Assembly: GCA_046485045.1 (NCBI GenBank)
Contig: JAWOHT010000273.1
Coordinates: 648 to 64,647 of the forward strand
Length of the DNA: 64,000 bases
Direction: 5' to 3'
Source: Bacteroidales bacterium
GTDB taxonomy: Bacteria > Bacteroidota > Bacteroidia > Bacteroidales > UBA10428
The notes beneath the pieces were generated by a model. It did not search any database. It saw nothing but the letters and a program-made list of their open reading frames with translations, and was not told the origin of the DNA. Made by a program: the position numbers and the translations under genes. Shown piece after piece: positions 27,142 to 37,269 of the stretch. Position 1 is the stretch's first letter. Every line of letters starts with the position of its first letter.

Positions 27142-27979
27142 TGCGCACACACATGTTATCGAAGCCGACAAGGCATTTTCGCAGCATGGTAATGACTATC
27201 TGAAATATATTAAAGGCATAAGTGCATTTGAGCAGGCAGACAAAGTACTGGAAATGTTATCGGCAGATAATCTATTGAGGCAGATGGACGAAGCCGGCAT
27301 ACAGCAATCGGTAGTTTTTGCCATGTATGCACCCCTGCTTTATGCTTCAAACGAGTTTGTAGCCGGCTTGTGCCATAAGTATCCGGGCCGCCTTTTGGGA
27401 TTTGCCTCTGTTGATGTTAAGAGGCCTGATTTGCCCGGTATGCTTGAAGATGCTGTTAAAAACATGGGCTTAAAAGGGCTAAAACTTCACCCCCCGCTTC
27501 AGAATTTTTTTCCGAATGACAAAAAATTCTGGCCCTTATACCAAAAGGCGCTCGATTTAAATATTCCTGTTGTATTTCATGTAGGTACCACACCTTTTGG
27601 CAGCCTGGTAAAACTATCGCAGGCAAACCCGCTGCTGATTGATGATGTTGCAAACGATTTCCCCGGTCTTAAAATCATTCTTACCCACCTGGGTACCCTT
27701 TGGCACCACGAATCATTTATGGTCGCGGAAAAGCATCCAAACCTTTTTATTGATACAGCTGCTTATCCTTACGAGATAAGTGACCTGCTTACGTTTAATC
27801 TTATTAAGAGGGTAGGAGAGGACAAGTTTATTTTTGGTACCGATTTTCCAATGCCTTATGAAGGAAAGATGCACCGTCTTGCCGATTTTACCGAAGTTAT
27901 TAGCAACCTTAAATTACCGGAATACCTGAAAGAAAAGATTTTTTATGGCAATTTTAATGAATTGATGAAGGGAGTATGA
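27128..27979 (+). CDS. amidohydrolase_2-type metal-dependent TIM-barrel hydrolase
   Basis: The start MKIINAHTHV carries the HxH motif. Further ligand contexts are LKLHP, LTHLG and GTDFP. The ATG at 27128 overlaps the ThiF-like stop by 14 nt. Confidence 0.8.
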   Translation: MKIINAHTHVIEADKAFSQHGNDYLKYIKGISAFEQADKVLEMLSADNLLRQMDEAGIQQSVVFAMYAPLLYASNEFVAGLCHKYPGRLLGFASVDVKRPDLPGMLEDAVKNMGLKGLKLHPPLQNFFPNDKKFWPLYQKALDLNIPVVFHVGTTPFGSLVKLSQANPLLIDDVANDFPGLKIILTHLGTLWHHESFMVAEKHPNLFIDTAAYPYEISDLLTFNLIKRVGEDKFIFGTDFPMPYEGKMHRLADFTEVISNLKLPEYLKEKIFYGNFNELMKGV

Positions 27980-29403
27980 ATATCCAAAAAGGCTTTGAAA
28001 AGATCAAACACAGGCAGATTAAAAATTTTTTGATCAATACCGGTCCCGAAAAATTGCTGAAAAAAACTGAAAAAAACGTATTGTCAGCATTTCGACGTGC
28101 TGCCTCTGTAATACCGGCATATAATGAAATACTTCGAAAACAGGGTGTTACAGTAAATGAGGTAAGAACCCTGAGTGATTTTAAGGAAAAAGTACCGGTG
28201 ATGACTAAGAAAGATTTTTTCGTACCTTATGAAGCAAAGGAATGGATTGGTAATATACAATTCTCTAAGGTTAAAAACTTCATGGTTAGTTCGGGCTTCT
28301 CGGGTACTTTTGCTTTTGGCGCCGATACCGGCATTACCCGAAAAATAAAAAACGGTGTGGATTTTACGCTCGATTACCTTTTTAATACTTCAGATAAAAA
28401 AACATTTCTCATAAACTGTGTACCTATGGGTGTGCATGTGGCCACATCGCTTCCCCTGGCCGAAACCAGTGTAAGGAGCGATATGGTTATGGCCTTTGTA
28501 AAAAAGATTTCCCCGAATTTTGATCAGACCATTATCGTCGGAGACCCGCATTTTTTAAAAAAAATTATTGAAGAAGGGTTAGCCAGCGGTTTCAACTGGC
28601 AAAAAATTAATGTAAGCCTCATCTGCGGTCAGGACTGGTTTCCGGAAGCTTTTCGGGAATATCTGGCCTGTCTTACCGGAATGGACATCTATCACGATAA
28701 TTCCAGAAAGATAATTGCCACTATGGGTATGACCGAACTCGGCCTGAACGTTTTTCATGAATCTTTCGATACAATCAGAATAAGGAACCAAGCCCGGCAC
28801 AATGCCGGCCTCAGACAGCATTTGACCGGTAATGCAAACCTGCCTGTACCATTGTTGTTTCATTATTATCCGATGCGCACTTTTATAGAAGAAAAAAATG
28901 AAGAACATAACGATACTTCTCTGCTTTTTTCTGTTACAGACAAACACTCAGTTATACCATTAATGCGTTATGATACTGGTGATTCGGGAACCCTGATTTC
29001 ATATAAAAACTTATCAGAAACCCTTGCAATGCAAAACCTTCATTCCATGTCGCCTGAGCTAAAGCTTCCTCTTGCAGCAATTCACGGGCGGAGAAATAAT
29101 TACGTTTTATACAAGGGCAACCGTGTATATGCATCGCAAATAAAAAGTGGCTTATACGAAGATTTTGACCTCGCCGGAAAGACAACCGGTTATTTCAGGA
29201 TCAGCATGGTAAAAAATACCCCGCAGATCGAACTTCAGTTAAAACCCGGGGTAAGGCCTGAGAGATCATTGACATCGGCATTCGGTTACGCACTCTTGAA
29301 ATATGCAGATGCAGATATTCAGGTTAAATGTTATAATTATCAGGAATTTCCTTATAACATGGAATTAAGTTATGAACATAAATTTATAAATATCATCACT
29401 TAA
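27976..29403 (+). CDS. divergent PaaK / coenzyme F390 synthetase-like adenylate-forming enzyme
   Basis: ANL-type motifs are a degenerate P-loop (VSSGFSGTFAFGA), GMTE, RYDTGD and HGRRNNYVLYKGNRV. The start codon overlaps the upstream stop (ATGA). Confidence 0.7.
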   Translation: MNIQKGFEKIKHRQIKNFLINTGPEKLLKKTEKNVLSAFRRAASVIPAYNEILRKQGVTVNEVRTLSDFKEKVPVMTKKDFFVPYEAKEWIGNIQFSKVKNFMVSSGFSGTFAFGADTGITRKIKNGVDFTLDYLFNTSDKKTFLINCVPMGVHVATSLPLAETSVRSDMVMAFVKKISPNFDQTIIVGDPHFLKKIIEEGLASGFNWQKINVSLICGQDWFPEAFREYLACLTGMDIYHDNSRKIIATMGMTELGLNVFHESFDTIRIRNQARHNAGLRQHLTGNANLPVPLLFHYYPMRTFIEEKNEEHNDTSLLFSVTDKHSVIPLMRYDTGDSGTLISYKNLSETLAMQNLHSMSPELKLPLAAIHGRRNNYVLYKGNRVYASQIKSGLYEDFDLAGKTTGYFRISMVKNTPQIELQLKPGVRPERSLTSAFGYALLKYADADIQVKCYNYQEFPYNMELSYEHKFINIIT

Positions 29404-29560
29404 TTTTACTCTGACAATAGAAAGCCAGAAAAATCAACCTGTCCCTTTAATGTCGAAATAAATGCCATAAGTGCTGACAAAAAATGAATTATGCTTGATT
29501 GGTAAGCAAAAATTTTGTAAATTTTAAAGCAATTTCATTTCACCTCTAATAAAGTTCATT

Positions 29561-30466
29561 ATGAGCAAAACAAATGCCAATAAACATAATCAGCGGATCA
29601 AGAAAATACTTGTACCTGTAGATTATTCCGAATGTTCTGATTTTGCATGTCGCTATGCAATAAAGCTTGCCTGTAAGCTTGGTGCCGAGATAAGGCTTTT
29701 GCATGCGTATTATACACCCGCCTTTGACCTGATTGAACTATCAGGAACGGTGCAGATTCAAAGCCAGCTGAAAGATGAAGTTTCTGTTAATATTGAAGCA
29801 ACAGAGAAAGAAACAGCTGAAAAATACATATCGGATTTAAGAAAATATATAACCGATTGCAAAACCGAGAATATTATTATGACCTATGATGTTGCTCCCG
29901 GTATGCCTGAAGATGTGATACTTAATTACAGCCTTGAATATAAGCCCGACCTTGTATTGATGGGTACACAGGGCAAAAGCAAAGCCAATACCATTATGGG
30001 CAGTGTTACCGAAACAATGATACGCAAATTGAAATGCCCGGTAATGGCCGTACCTGAAAAATATTCGTTTGTAGGAGAAAAGAATGTCAGGAACCTGATG
30101 TATGTAACCGATTTTGACGAATCTGATTTTGTTTCAATAAAAAAGCTGATGGACCTGACACAAATGCTGAATCTTAAAATATTCTGCGCACATATTGCAA
30201 GCGATGAAGGTGAATGGGACCGTATCAAACTCAACGGGCTGAAAGAATATTTCAGGAGTGTGTATGGAAAGTCGGATGTTGAATGCGGAAGAGTTGGCTC
30301 AAAAGCGTTACTCGAAGAAATTGACCTTTTTGTAAAAGAAAACCATATCAATATTATTTCATTAACAACCAGGCAAAGAGGAATACTTGATAAACTCTTT
30401 AAAACAGATCTCACCAAAAAACTGTTTTACCACACAAATATACCGTTGCTCGTGTTTCACTCTTAA
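29561..30466 (+). CDS. tandem-domain universal stress protein (UspA family)
   Basis: Two Usp-like halves (ILVPVDYSE...LLHAY...GTQGKS...GSVTE and a second repeat ending LLVFHS). Confidence 0.85.
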   Translation: MSKTNANKHNQRIKKILVPVDYSECSDFACRYAIKLACKLGAEIRLLHAYYTPAFDLIELSGTVQIQSQLKDEVSVNIEATEKETAEKYISDLRKYITDCKTENIIMTYDVAPGMPEDVILNYSLEYKPDLVLMGTQGKSKANTIMGSVTETMIRKLKCPVMAVPEKYSFVGEKNVRNLMYVTDFDESDFVSIKKLMDLTQMLNLKIFCAHIASDEGEWDRIKLNGLKEYFRSVYGKSDVECGRVGSKALLEEIDLFVKENHINIISLTTRQRGILDKLFKTDLTKKLFYHTNIPLLVFHS

Positions 30467-31041
30467 ATCATATTGGCCTCCCAGATAATCAACGAGAAGA
30501 TGGCAAACCTGAGAAATCTTGTGAGTGAAAACAACAGATATTTTTTAAAAGAGTAACGTATTGAACCCACAAGCATGCTTACCCCTGAAAAGGGAAGGGG
30601 CGTAAGTGATGCAACAATAATAAGATACAGGCCGTATGTATGCAGGTGTTTTTCGGTTTTTCCAAGAACCTTTTTTTTCAGGTATTGAAAATATAAAGTT
30701 CGCTGAAGGTATAACCCGATAAAATAGCCGGTTATTCCTGCCAGGTATGAGATGGCAGCCAGAAAGGCTATGATAAGTATGTAATCAGCAATATTTCCGC
30801 TTCTAAGCGCCCAGATGAAGAATATTTCAGGGGGAACAATACCGATAATAACCTCCGAGACAAGAAAAATCAGGTAAACAATTGTTGGGTTATTGTAAAC
30901 GGGTTCAAGCCAGGAGAGGTAATTGGCGCTGACAAACTTTTTAAAGAGGATAAAAATTATGATAATGACACCAAACCATAAAAGCCCCCGCAGGAGGTTG
31001 CGTAAAAAAAAAGAACGCTTATTTAAATTCGTCTCAGTCAT
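30463..31041 (-). CDS. membrane protein, possibly DedA/YqaA (VTT-domain) family
   Basis: About 5 TM helices. The segment LTPLPFSGVSMLVGSIRY resembles the VTT-domain re-entrant loop. The ORF-track start is TTG; an ATG lies at 31041. The stop overlaps the uspA stop (shared TTAA). Confidence 0.5.
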   Translation of the reverse strand: MTETNLNKRSFFLRNLLRGLLWFGVIIIIFILFKKFVSANYLSWLEPVYNNPTIVYLIFLVSEVIIGIVPPEIFFIWALRSGNIADYILIIAFLAAISYLAGITGYFIGLYLQRTLYFQYLKKKVLGKTEKHLHTYGLYLIIVASLTPLPFSGVSMLVGSIRYSFKKYLLFSLTRFLRFAIFSLIIWEANMI

Positions 31042-31168
31042 AAAAATGCTAATTTTTTCCAAAAATAGTCATTTTCAGCTATTACAGCAGTAATTCTTTT
31101 ATGAATGTTTAAGGTATCAGGGTGAAATATCAGGGAGGTAAAAGTACCCGGAGATTGTTAAAATATTG

Positions 31169-31528
31169 TTAGAAAGTTTTTGTACTCAGCATAATCAGGG
31201 CGCAATCGTAAACGCATTCAATGTTATGCCTGGAGGCTTTTAACCCGAAATCATAGTTTTCTGTTCCGGGGTTAAAAATAATCCGCTTTGGTTTAAGCTT
31301 CAGAATATAATCATAATATTCCAGCTGGTTCGCCTGTGAAATGTACATTAATACCGTGTGTACATTTTCAATATCGGGCATGCAGGTCAGTATGGGCAGG
31401 TTTTCAATCAGACCTTCCTGGCGGCCAACCGGAATAACATGATAACCTCTTTTAAGTAAACTTCTTACTGCTTTGTTGGAATATCTGTCGGGATTTGCAC
31501 TTGCCCCTAAAACTACGACACTTTTCAT
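31169..31528 (-). CDS. CoA-binding domain protein (YccU-like)
   Basis: 119 aa. The VVLGASANPDRYSNKAVRSLLKRGYHVIPV pattern is typical of small CoA-binding proteins. Confidence 0.75.
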   Translation of the reverse strand: MKSVVVLGASANPDRYSNKAVRSLLKRGYHVIPVGRQEGLIENLPILTCMPDIENVHTVLMYISQANQLEYYDYILKLKPKRIIFNPGTENYDFGLKASRHNIECVYDCALIMLSTKTF

Positions 31529-31546
31529 AACGGGTAGTTTAGGTTT

Positions 31547-32047
31547 TTATTTTTTGCCGGGGCTCTTCTTTTTTTTCCCGATCAGGGCAACAGCATAAGC
31601 GGCAATTCCTTTCTCATTGCCAATAAACCCAAGCTTTTCGGTAGTCGTGGCTTTCAGTGATATATTCTCAGGCTCGGTATCAATAACGTGTGAAAGTATT
31701 CGCTGCATTTCGGGAATGTACTGCATAATTTTAGGCTTCTGCAGACACACTGTGCAATCTATATTGCCTACTTCATAACCTTGTTCTTTTAACAGGTTTA
31801 CTGTTTTCTTTAAAAGCACCTTACTGTCAATTCCTTTGAATTCATCAGAGGTGTCAGGGAAATGATATCCGATATCTCTTAAATTAGCAGCGCCCAGCAG
31901 CGCATCGCATATGGCATGGATTAATACATCGCCATCTGAATGGCCAACAGGGCCTTTTTTATGGGGAATGATGATCCCGCCGAGGACTAACTTATTGCCC
32001 TCTTTTAACTGGTGTACATCATAACCGAATCCGACTTTTATATCCAT
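31547..32047 (-). CDS. ispF: 2-C-methyl-D-erythritol 2,4-cyclodiphosphate synthase
   Basis: GFGYDVHQL, GHSDGDVL.HA and ATTTEKLGF motifs. A Lys-rich C-terminal tail is present. Confidence 0.93.
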   Translation of the reverse strand: MDIKVGFGYDVHQLKEGNKLVLGGIIIPHKKGPVGHSDGDVLIHAICDALLGAANLRDIGYHFPDTSDEFKGIDSKVLLKKTVNLLKEQGYEVGNIDCTVCLQKPKIMQYIPEMQRILSHVIDTEPENISLKATTTEKLGFIGNEKGIAAYAVALIGKKKKSPGKK

Positions 32048-32050
32048 ATA

Positions 32051-33223
32051 CTATCTAAACTCTCTGAATTTGTCAAAATCAAGGCCCAGGGTAAACCTCA
32101 TGGTGCTGGCAAGGGGATTGGTACGGCCCGAAGTTGGTATGAGGTAGGCAAAATCAAGAGAGAAAACGTTTAGTTTCAGACCTATACCTGCTGTAAAATA
32201 TTTTCTGTTGCCTTTGTCCTGATGCTCGTGAAAATACCCGGCCCTTATAGCAAACTGGTCGCGGTACCAGTATTCTGCACCAACAGAAATCATGATCTCA
32301 TTTATTTCTTCTTTGAAACCGTTCGGGGCATCATAGAAAGATTGTATCCAGCTTAGTGGAAGGGATTTTGGAGCTTCAAGCCCGTAAACAACCGAATCAA
32401 TCATTATTTGAGGTGATGGTACAAGCAGCTTATTGAAATCAGTGGCAAAACTAATATTATTATAATCATCGAGTTCAAGCGTTAACCGTCCGCCAATTCT
32501 AAGATTGGCAGGAATAAACTGCTTTTCCGAATCATCGGTATAAGAGATGGGTGTACCGAGGTTTGACAGGCAAACCCCCCAGGCATACTGGCTGGGTTTG
32601 CCATCTATTTCTATATCTTTTTGATAATAAACAGCAAGGTCGGCAGCAAATGAAATGCCGGCATTGTATTCCTGCCCCATTACTGTTCCGCCACCTGTTA
32701 TGTCAGAGCGTATAAATCTGAGTGTAAGGGCACTCGAAAGATTGTCGGTGAACAACCTTGAATAAGCGGCATCAATTGTAAACTCGTTGGGAGTGTATTG
32801 ACCTACATAATCTCCCCAATCGTTTCTGAAAATCAGGTCTCCTAAAGAAAAGTACAACAAAGATGCACTTAGTACCTGTCTGTCATCGAAACGTTTGTAA
32901 AAATTAAGGTATGCAAGGTTGATGTCAGGAACCAGATTTCTTAACCAGGGTGTATAAGATAGCGAAAGTCCCATTTCACCGGGTAAAAAAGCATATTTTG
33001 CAGCATTCCAGTGTTGAGAGTTGGCATCGGGAGATGTAGCAACCCCGGCATCACCCATAGCACCTGCCCTTGAATCGGGGGCTATTGAAAGAAAAGGAAC
33101 AGTGGAATGGATAACATTTTGTTCACCGCTCAATAATCTTGACACAGGACTGTTCTGGGAAAAGCCAAAGGTAGATATCAGTGTGCAAGACAATACACTG
33201 ATAACGAATCTTTTTACAATCAT
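32051..33223 (-). CDS. porV: type IX secretion system outer-membrane protein PorV (LptO)
   Basis: Signal peptide followed by a beta-barrel. The N-terminal motif is SRAGAMGDAGVATSPDANS..WNAAKYAF. The gene lies immediately downstream of porU. ATG candidates lie at 33223 and 33259. Confidence 0.85.
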   Translation of the reverse strand: MIVKRFVISVLSCTLISTFGFSQNSPVSRLLSGEQNVIHSTVPFLSIAPDSRAGAMGDAGVATSPDANSQHWNAAKYAFLPGEMGLSLSYTPWLRNLVPDINLAYLNFYKRFDDRQVLSASLLYFSLGDLIFRNDWGDYVGQYTPNEFTIDAAYSRLFTDNLSSALTLRFIRSDITGGGTVMGQEYNAGISFAADLAVYYQKDIEIDGKPSQYAWGVCLSNLGTPISYTDDSEKQFIPANLRIGGRLTLELDDYNNISFATDFNKLLVPSPQIMIDSVVYGLEAPKSLPLSWIQSFYDAPNGFKEEINEIMISVGAEYWYRDQFAIRAGYFHEHQDKGNRKYFTAGIGLKLNVFSLDFAYLIPTSGRTNPLASTMRFTLGLDFDKFREFR

Positions 33224-33284
33224 TATTTTTTTAATTTTTGTGGAGCAAATATAAAACATAATATTACAATTTGAAATTGATAAA

Positions 33285-36200
33285 CTATTTTAATATCATT
33301 AACTTTTCGAATTTTACGGCATAGAGACCATCTGAATTTTCAACCGTAACGCGATACGGATAAATGCCATTCGGCAGTTTGTTGCCATATTCATCTGTGC
33401 CGTCCCATTCAATTGGTTCTGATCTGTAACCCGTAGCATAAGAATTAAGATTTATCATACGGACAACCCTTCCTGAAAAATCAAAAATTTCTATCTTAAT
33501 TAACAGCTCATCATCTGGATTATTGTGTTCGAACTGAAAAATTGTATGCTCGTTGAACGGATTTGGATAATTGTATACTTTTTCGAGAACCAGTGCATTT
33601 GCATCAAGTACTCTGAAACTGATCATTTTCTCGGAAGAATTATTGAAAATGTCCCATACCTTTACATGAATGGTGTGTATTCCCGGCTTAATATCAATCA
33701 ACTGGTACATCACTTCACCGCTACGGTAATCATCTTTCTGCGACTGGTAGTAGTCGTTCATAACCAATGGATTGGAGGTGTTGTTGTTCAGAACGGCTAC
33801 AATATCGTGCCCTATTCCATTGCCTGTTGTATTAATGCCGTGTTCATCGAATACTTTAACGTAGACTTTTGGGTCTTTATCAGAAATTCCTCCATCCCTG
33901 AAGTATTCATTATTCAGGTAGAGTTCTATTTCGGGTCCGGTATTGTCTTGATCCATCAGGTCTGAAGTACCCCCAATTAAAAAGTTGCTGAAATAGCCGT
34001 TGGCGTCAATCAGGTCATTGTATGCATAATAGTTAATTTTACCTTTTCCGATTGTGTAAGAGATGTCTTTTGGAACGATAAATGTAAATTTAAACCTTCC
34101 GTTAGTAATACTGGCTTTACCCCTGAAGAGCAGGTTTTCCTGCACCTGGAAATTATATGGTCTTGAGCCTACATCGTTTTGCAAAGTGGTTACCTGTTGA
34201 ACCTTATCAAAAACTGAGGGGATGATCGTTCCGTTGAAATCTTCATAAAGAACACTGTCTTTGGTCTGGATATGGCCGCTGACTGTGAGTTGCATAAAAG
34301 CTTTAATGGTGTCGTTCGCAATGGAAACATGATTTCCGTTGATTGAGTCGGTTACAATGTTGAAATCAGGATAGGCGAGGTCCATCGCCGGGTTTCCAAG
34401 CAGTGTAAAATTCATTTTATTGTTGTCTCCCCCGATTGCATTCTTTGTAAACCTTATAATATCACCCAGCCTCCGGCGGCTACCATCTTCATTGGTCTTG
34501 AATGCGTTGTAGTAAAAATGGCGGTTGAGGTAATGGTTACTATGCGAGTATACCACCCTTGTTGTTGAAAGAAGGGCAATAGCCCCTCCGTCAGGGTTCA
34601 ACAAGGCAACTTCGCCGGCAGAGGTCATCTCTTTGGGTTTACCATCTTCACTATCAATAGTCATGTCGTCCCAACGACTAAATTCACAGGTTGCAGTAAT
34701 AAACAGAGGATATTTGTTCTTGTTCCTGAGCTTTTCCAGGTCTTGTTTTATGAGTATCTGCTCTTCGGTAATTCCGTTTTCACTGCCATGTCCGGTATAG
34801 TTGAATATCAGCAGTCCCCTGTTAAAATTGTCATGTATGGCCCTGTTTACATCGGGGTACCTGTTTCCGGTCGAAGATGTAACCTGCTTGTAGGCATCGA
34901 GCAATATCTTTTTCACTACAAACTCGGGATGATTTGCCCTGATATAATCTGCCAGTTCATTTGCCTGGTCCATATGTGTGTTACCATCCTGATCGTCGCC
35001 TACAAACAGCATTGTGTTTCTCCAATCCTGTTTTGTTTCGGGAGAATTGTAAGCGAGTATTTTATCTACCATGTTTTTAGCTTCAACAGTATCACCGGCG
35101 GGCAAACGCCCTATGCCGATATCAAGGTAATAATAGTGCATCGAGTCGTTTCCTCCTTCATGTTTGTCAAGAAAGCCAAAAAAGTCATCAGAGACATATG
35201 AGGTTGTGTGCCCCAGTGAGGCTGTTGACTGGTAGGTAGGGATATAATTCGGGTTGCCTTCAGCATTTAATATATTATTATAAGAGCCATCACCAAAAAG
35301 GAGTAAATATCTCAGGCTGTTTTCACCATTTTGCGACCTGTCATAGATCATCCTTGCAAAATCTCTTATAGCGCTTACATCAGGCATGCCTGAAGAAAAC
35401 TCGTTGTATACTTTTTCTGTTGTGGTGGCAATTACGCTGAAATTGTCCTTTTGCCTGTGATAGTCAGCAATTCTCTCAGCCTGGTGGAGAAATAACGGAT
35501 GAGAAACTATGATCATTTTATGGGGGCTTAAACCATGTAGGTTTTGGTTTTCCACCAGATTATTCGCCAGAATAACAGGTTTCAGAAAAGTTGTCTGAAG
35601 GTCAAATGCAACAAATTCCCTCAAAACCGATGATTCTGCCCTGAAGGTAACTACCTGGCCCGATTGAGAGGCAGCAACCGATTTAATATTGTAAATATCG
35701 GTTATATCCCAAACAATGGTCTGATTGCCACTGTTTTGAATTTTAAATTCTGCAATATTTCCCTCTGCGACCGACCGGATATCCCTGAAAAATAAAGGTT
35801 TTTCGGAGAAAGTGAGCGACCTGCGGGCATTTACTGTTATGTAATCGAGCCATCCCTCATCCGACTCCTCAGTTTTATTGTAAGAAACTTTCACAGCAAT
35901 GTTTTCTTCACTGGTATTCAACCGCATGGTTTTCTGCCCCTGTTTCGCGTGCGTGCCAACATTATACGTTATATCCACACTGCCGATATCAATATAATCT
36001 GTAAACTGGTTATTAATATTAAAGGTAAATGTACGCTGCTTAGCCGAACGGCTGATTACATTCGATATTACAGCTACTTCAGAGCCCGGCACAAGATTTG
36101 GAAACCTGAATGTAGTGTCGTATGATTGACCGTAACCAATTTTTTCTCCAACCCATTGCCTTCCGGATTTTAATAAGTTGTAAAGATTTCTTTCCTGATA

Positions 36201-37139
36201 TTCATATGCATTAAATGAGGTTACGGAGATATTTGCCGGGGAAGCTATTTGTTCAGCTGCAGTTATTCTTTTGCCGGGGCCAGACGATGAGGTGAGGAAA
36301 TAATATGCATACTGTGAATAATCATTAATGGTATGCTGAAATATCGAATCAACACTGTTAAATCTCCAGTTTACCATTCCCCGGGCATAAAATAATATAT
36401 AATCACCCTGGTTAAAAATACCATCGCTGCCTTTCTCCATAAAAATGGCATTCTCTGCCAGGTCATCCACGCGTGGTTCCCTGTTCATTAGCGGAACTGC
36501 TTTTCCGCCATTGCCATAAACCCTTACATTGGCCGGATTGGATATGCCTATATTTTGAAGGTCGGCATAAGTGAGTTTGTATATTCCTGTTTGTGCTATC
36601 TTTATCTTATGCCATGTACCAGATGCAAGTACCGATTCTGTGGCAAATTCTTCGGTGATATCAGTGGGGGCAGCAACTGCACGTGAACCTGTTTCAGGCG
36701 CTATTTCAATTGAAAATGAGACAAGCCTTTCGACTTGTCCTGTTACAGGATTTTTTCGCAAGGGTAAAATACTTAAAAGTGCCTGCTCTTTTTTAAAATT
36801 ATAAACCCTGTTCACACTTACCTTAATATCAGCAGACAGTTCATCAAGCATTGGTATATTCACCAAATCTTCAGCCGAAACTGTTTGATATACACGATTT
36901 TGTATATTAATTTTTTGCAGGTTATAATAATCCCGGATTGATAACAGTTCATTATAGTATGGGAAGAGGCTATTTGGATTTTCATAAACAGCATCTTCAA
37001 AAAAAAGATAGTTCCTTGATATTTCGGCATCTGACAATACTTTTTTGCTGCTTTGCCAATCCAGCGATCTATCTAAAACCCGGTTCTGGCCATGTAGCTG
37101 AAGAGATATTAATGTTAATAAAATAAATAGGTTCTTCAT
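33285..37139 (-). CDS. porU: type IX secretion system sortase PorU (C25-like peptidase)
   Basis: 1284 aa with a signal peptide and a gingipain/C25-like core (YLLLFGDGSYN..., NYTGHGSE). The C-terminal beta-sandwich segment (NYPNPFNEHTIF...YRVTVE) resembles a T9SS C-terminal sorting domain. The gene is adjacent to porV and gldJ. Confidence 0.88.
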   Translation of the reverse strand: MKNLFILLTLISLQLHGQNRVLDRSLDWQSSKKVLSDAEISRNYLFFEDAVYENPNSLFPYYNELLSIRDYYNLQKINIQNRVYQTVSAEDLVNIPMLDELSADIKVSVNRVYNFKKEQALLSILPLRKNPVTGQVERLVSFSIEIAPETGSRAVAAPTDITEEFATESVLASGTWHKIKIAQTGIYKLTYADLQNIGISNPANVRVYGNGGKAVPLMNREPRVDDLAENAIFMEKGSDGIFNQGDYILFYARGMVNWRFNSVDSIFQHTINDYSQYAYYFLTSSSGPGKRITAAEQIASPANISVTSFNAYEYQERNLYNLLKSGRQWVGEKIGYGQSYDTTFRFPNLVPGSEVAVISNVISRSAKQRTFTFNINNQFTDYIDIGSVDITYNVGTHAKQGQKTMRLNTSEENIAVKVSYNKTEESDEGWLDYITVNARRSLTFSEKPLFFRDIRSVAEGNIAEFKIQNSGNQTIVWDITDIYNIKSVAASQSGQVVTFRAESSVLREFVAFDLQTTFLKPVILANNLVENQNLHGLSPHKMIIVSHPLFLHQAERIADYHRQKDNFSVIATTTEKVYNEFSSGMPDVSAIRDFARMIYDRSQNGENSLRYLLLFGDGSYNNILNAEGNPNYIPTYQSTASLGHTTSYVSDDFFGFLDKHEGGNDSMHYYYLDIGIGRLPAGDTVEAKNMVDKILAYNSPETKQDWRNTMLFVGDDQDGNTHMDQANELADYIRANHPEFVVKKILLDAYKQVTSSTGNRYPDVNRAIHDNFNRGLLIFNYTGHGSENGITEEQILIKQDLEKLRNKNKYPLFITATCEFSRWDDMTIDSEDGKPKEMTSAGEVALLNPDGGAIALLSTTRVVYSHSNHYLNRHFYYNAFKTNEDGSRRRLGDIIRFTKNAIGGDNNKMNFTLLGNPAMDLAYPDFNIVTDSINGNHVSIANDTIKAFMQLTVSGHIQTKDSVLYEDFNGTIIPSVFDKVQQVTTLQNDVGSRPYNFQVQENLLFRGKASITNGRFKFTFIVPKDISYTIGKGKINYYAYNDLIDANGYFSNFLIGGTSDLMDQDNTGPEIELYLNNEYFRDGGISDKDPKVYVKVFDEHGINTTGNGIGHDIVAVLNNNTSNPLVMNDYYQSQKDDYRSGEVMYQLIDIKPGIHTIHVKVWDIFNNSSEKMISFRVLDANALVLEKVYNYPNPFNEHTIFQFEHNNPDDELLIKIEIFDFSGRVVRMINLNSYATGYRSEPIEWDGTDEYGNKLPNGIYPYRVTVENSDGLYAVKFEKLMILK

Positions 37140-37269
37140 GAGATTATTGCTATTTTTTCACGAAAATAATAAAATTAAATACGCCAGGGCATATGTAAAT
37201 ACGTATCAAAAATTTTAAACGTATATCATATGTTATTATTGTATAACAAAAAATTACGAAAAGAGTTAA

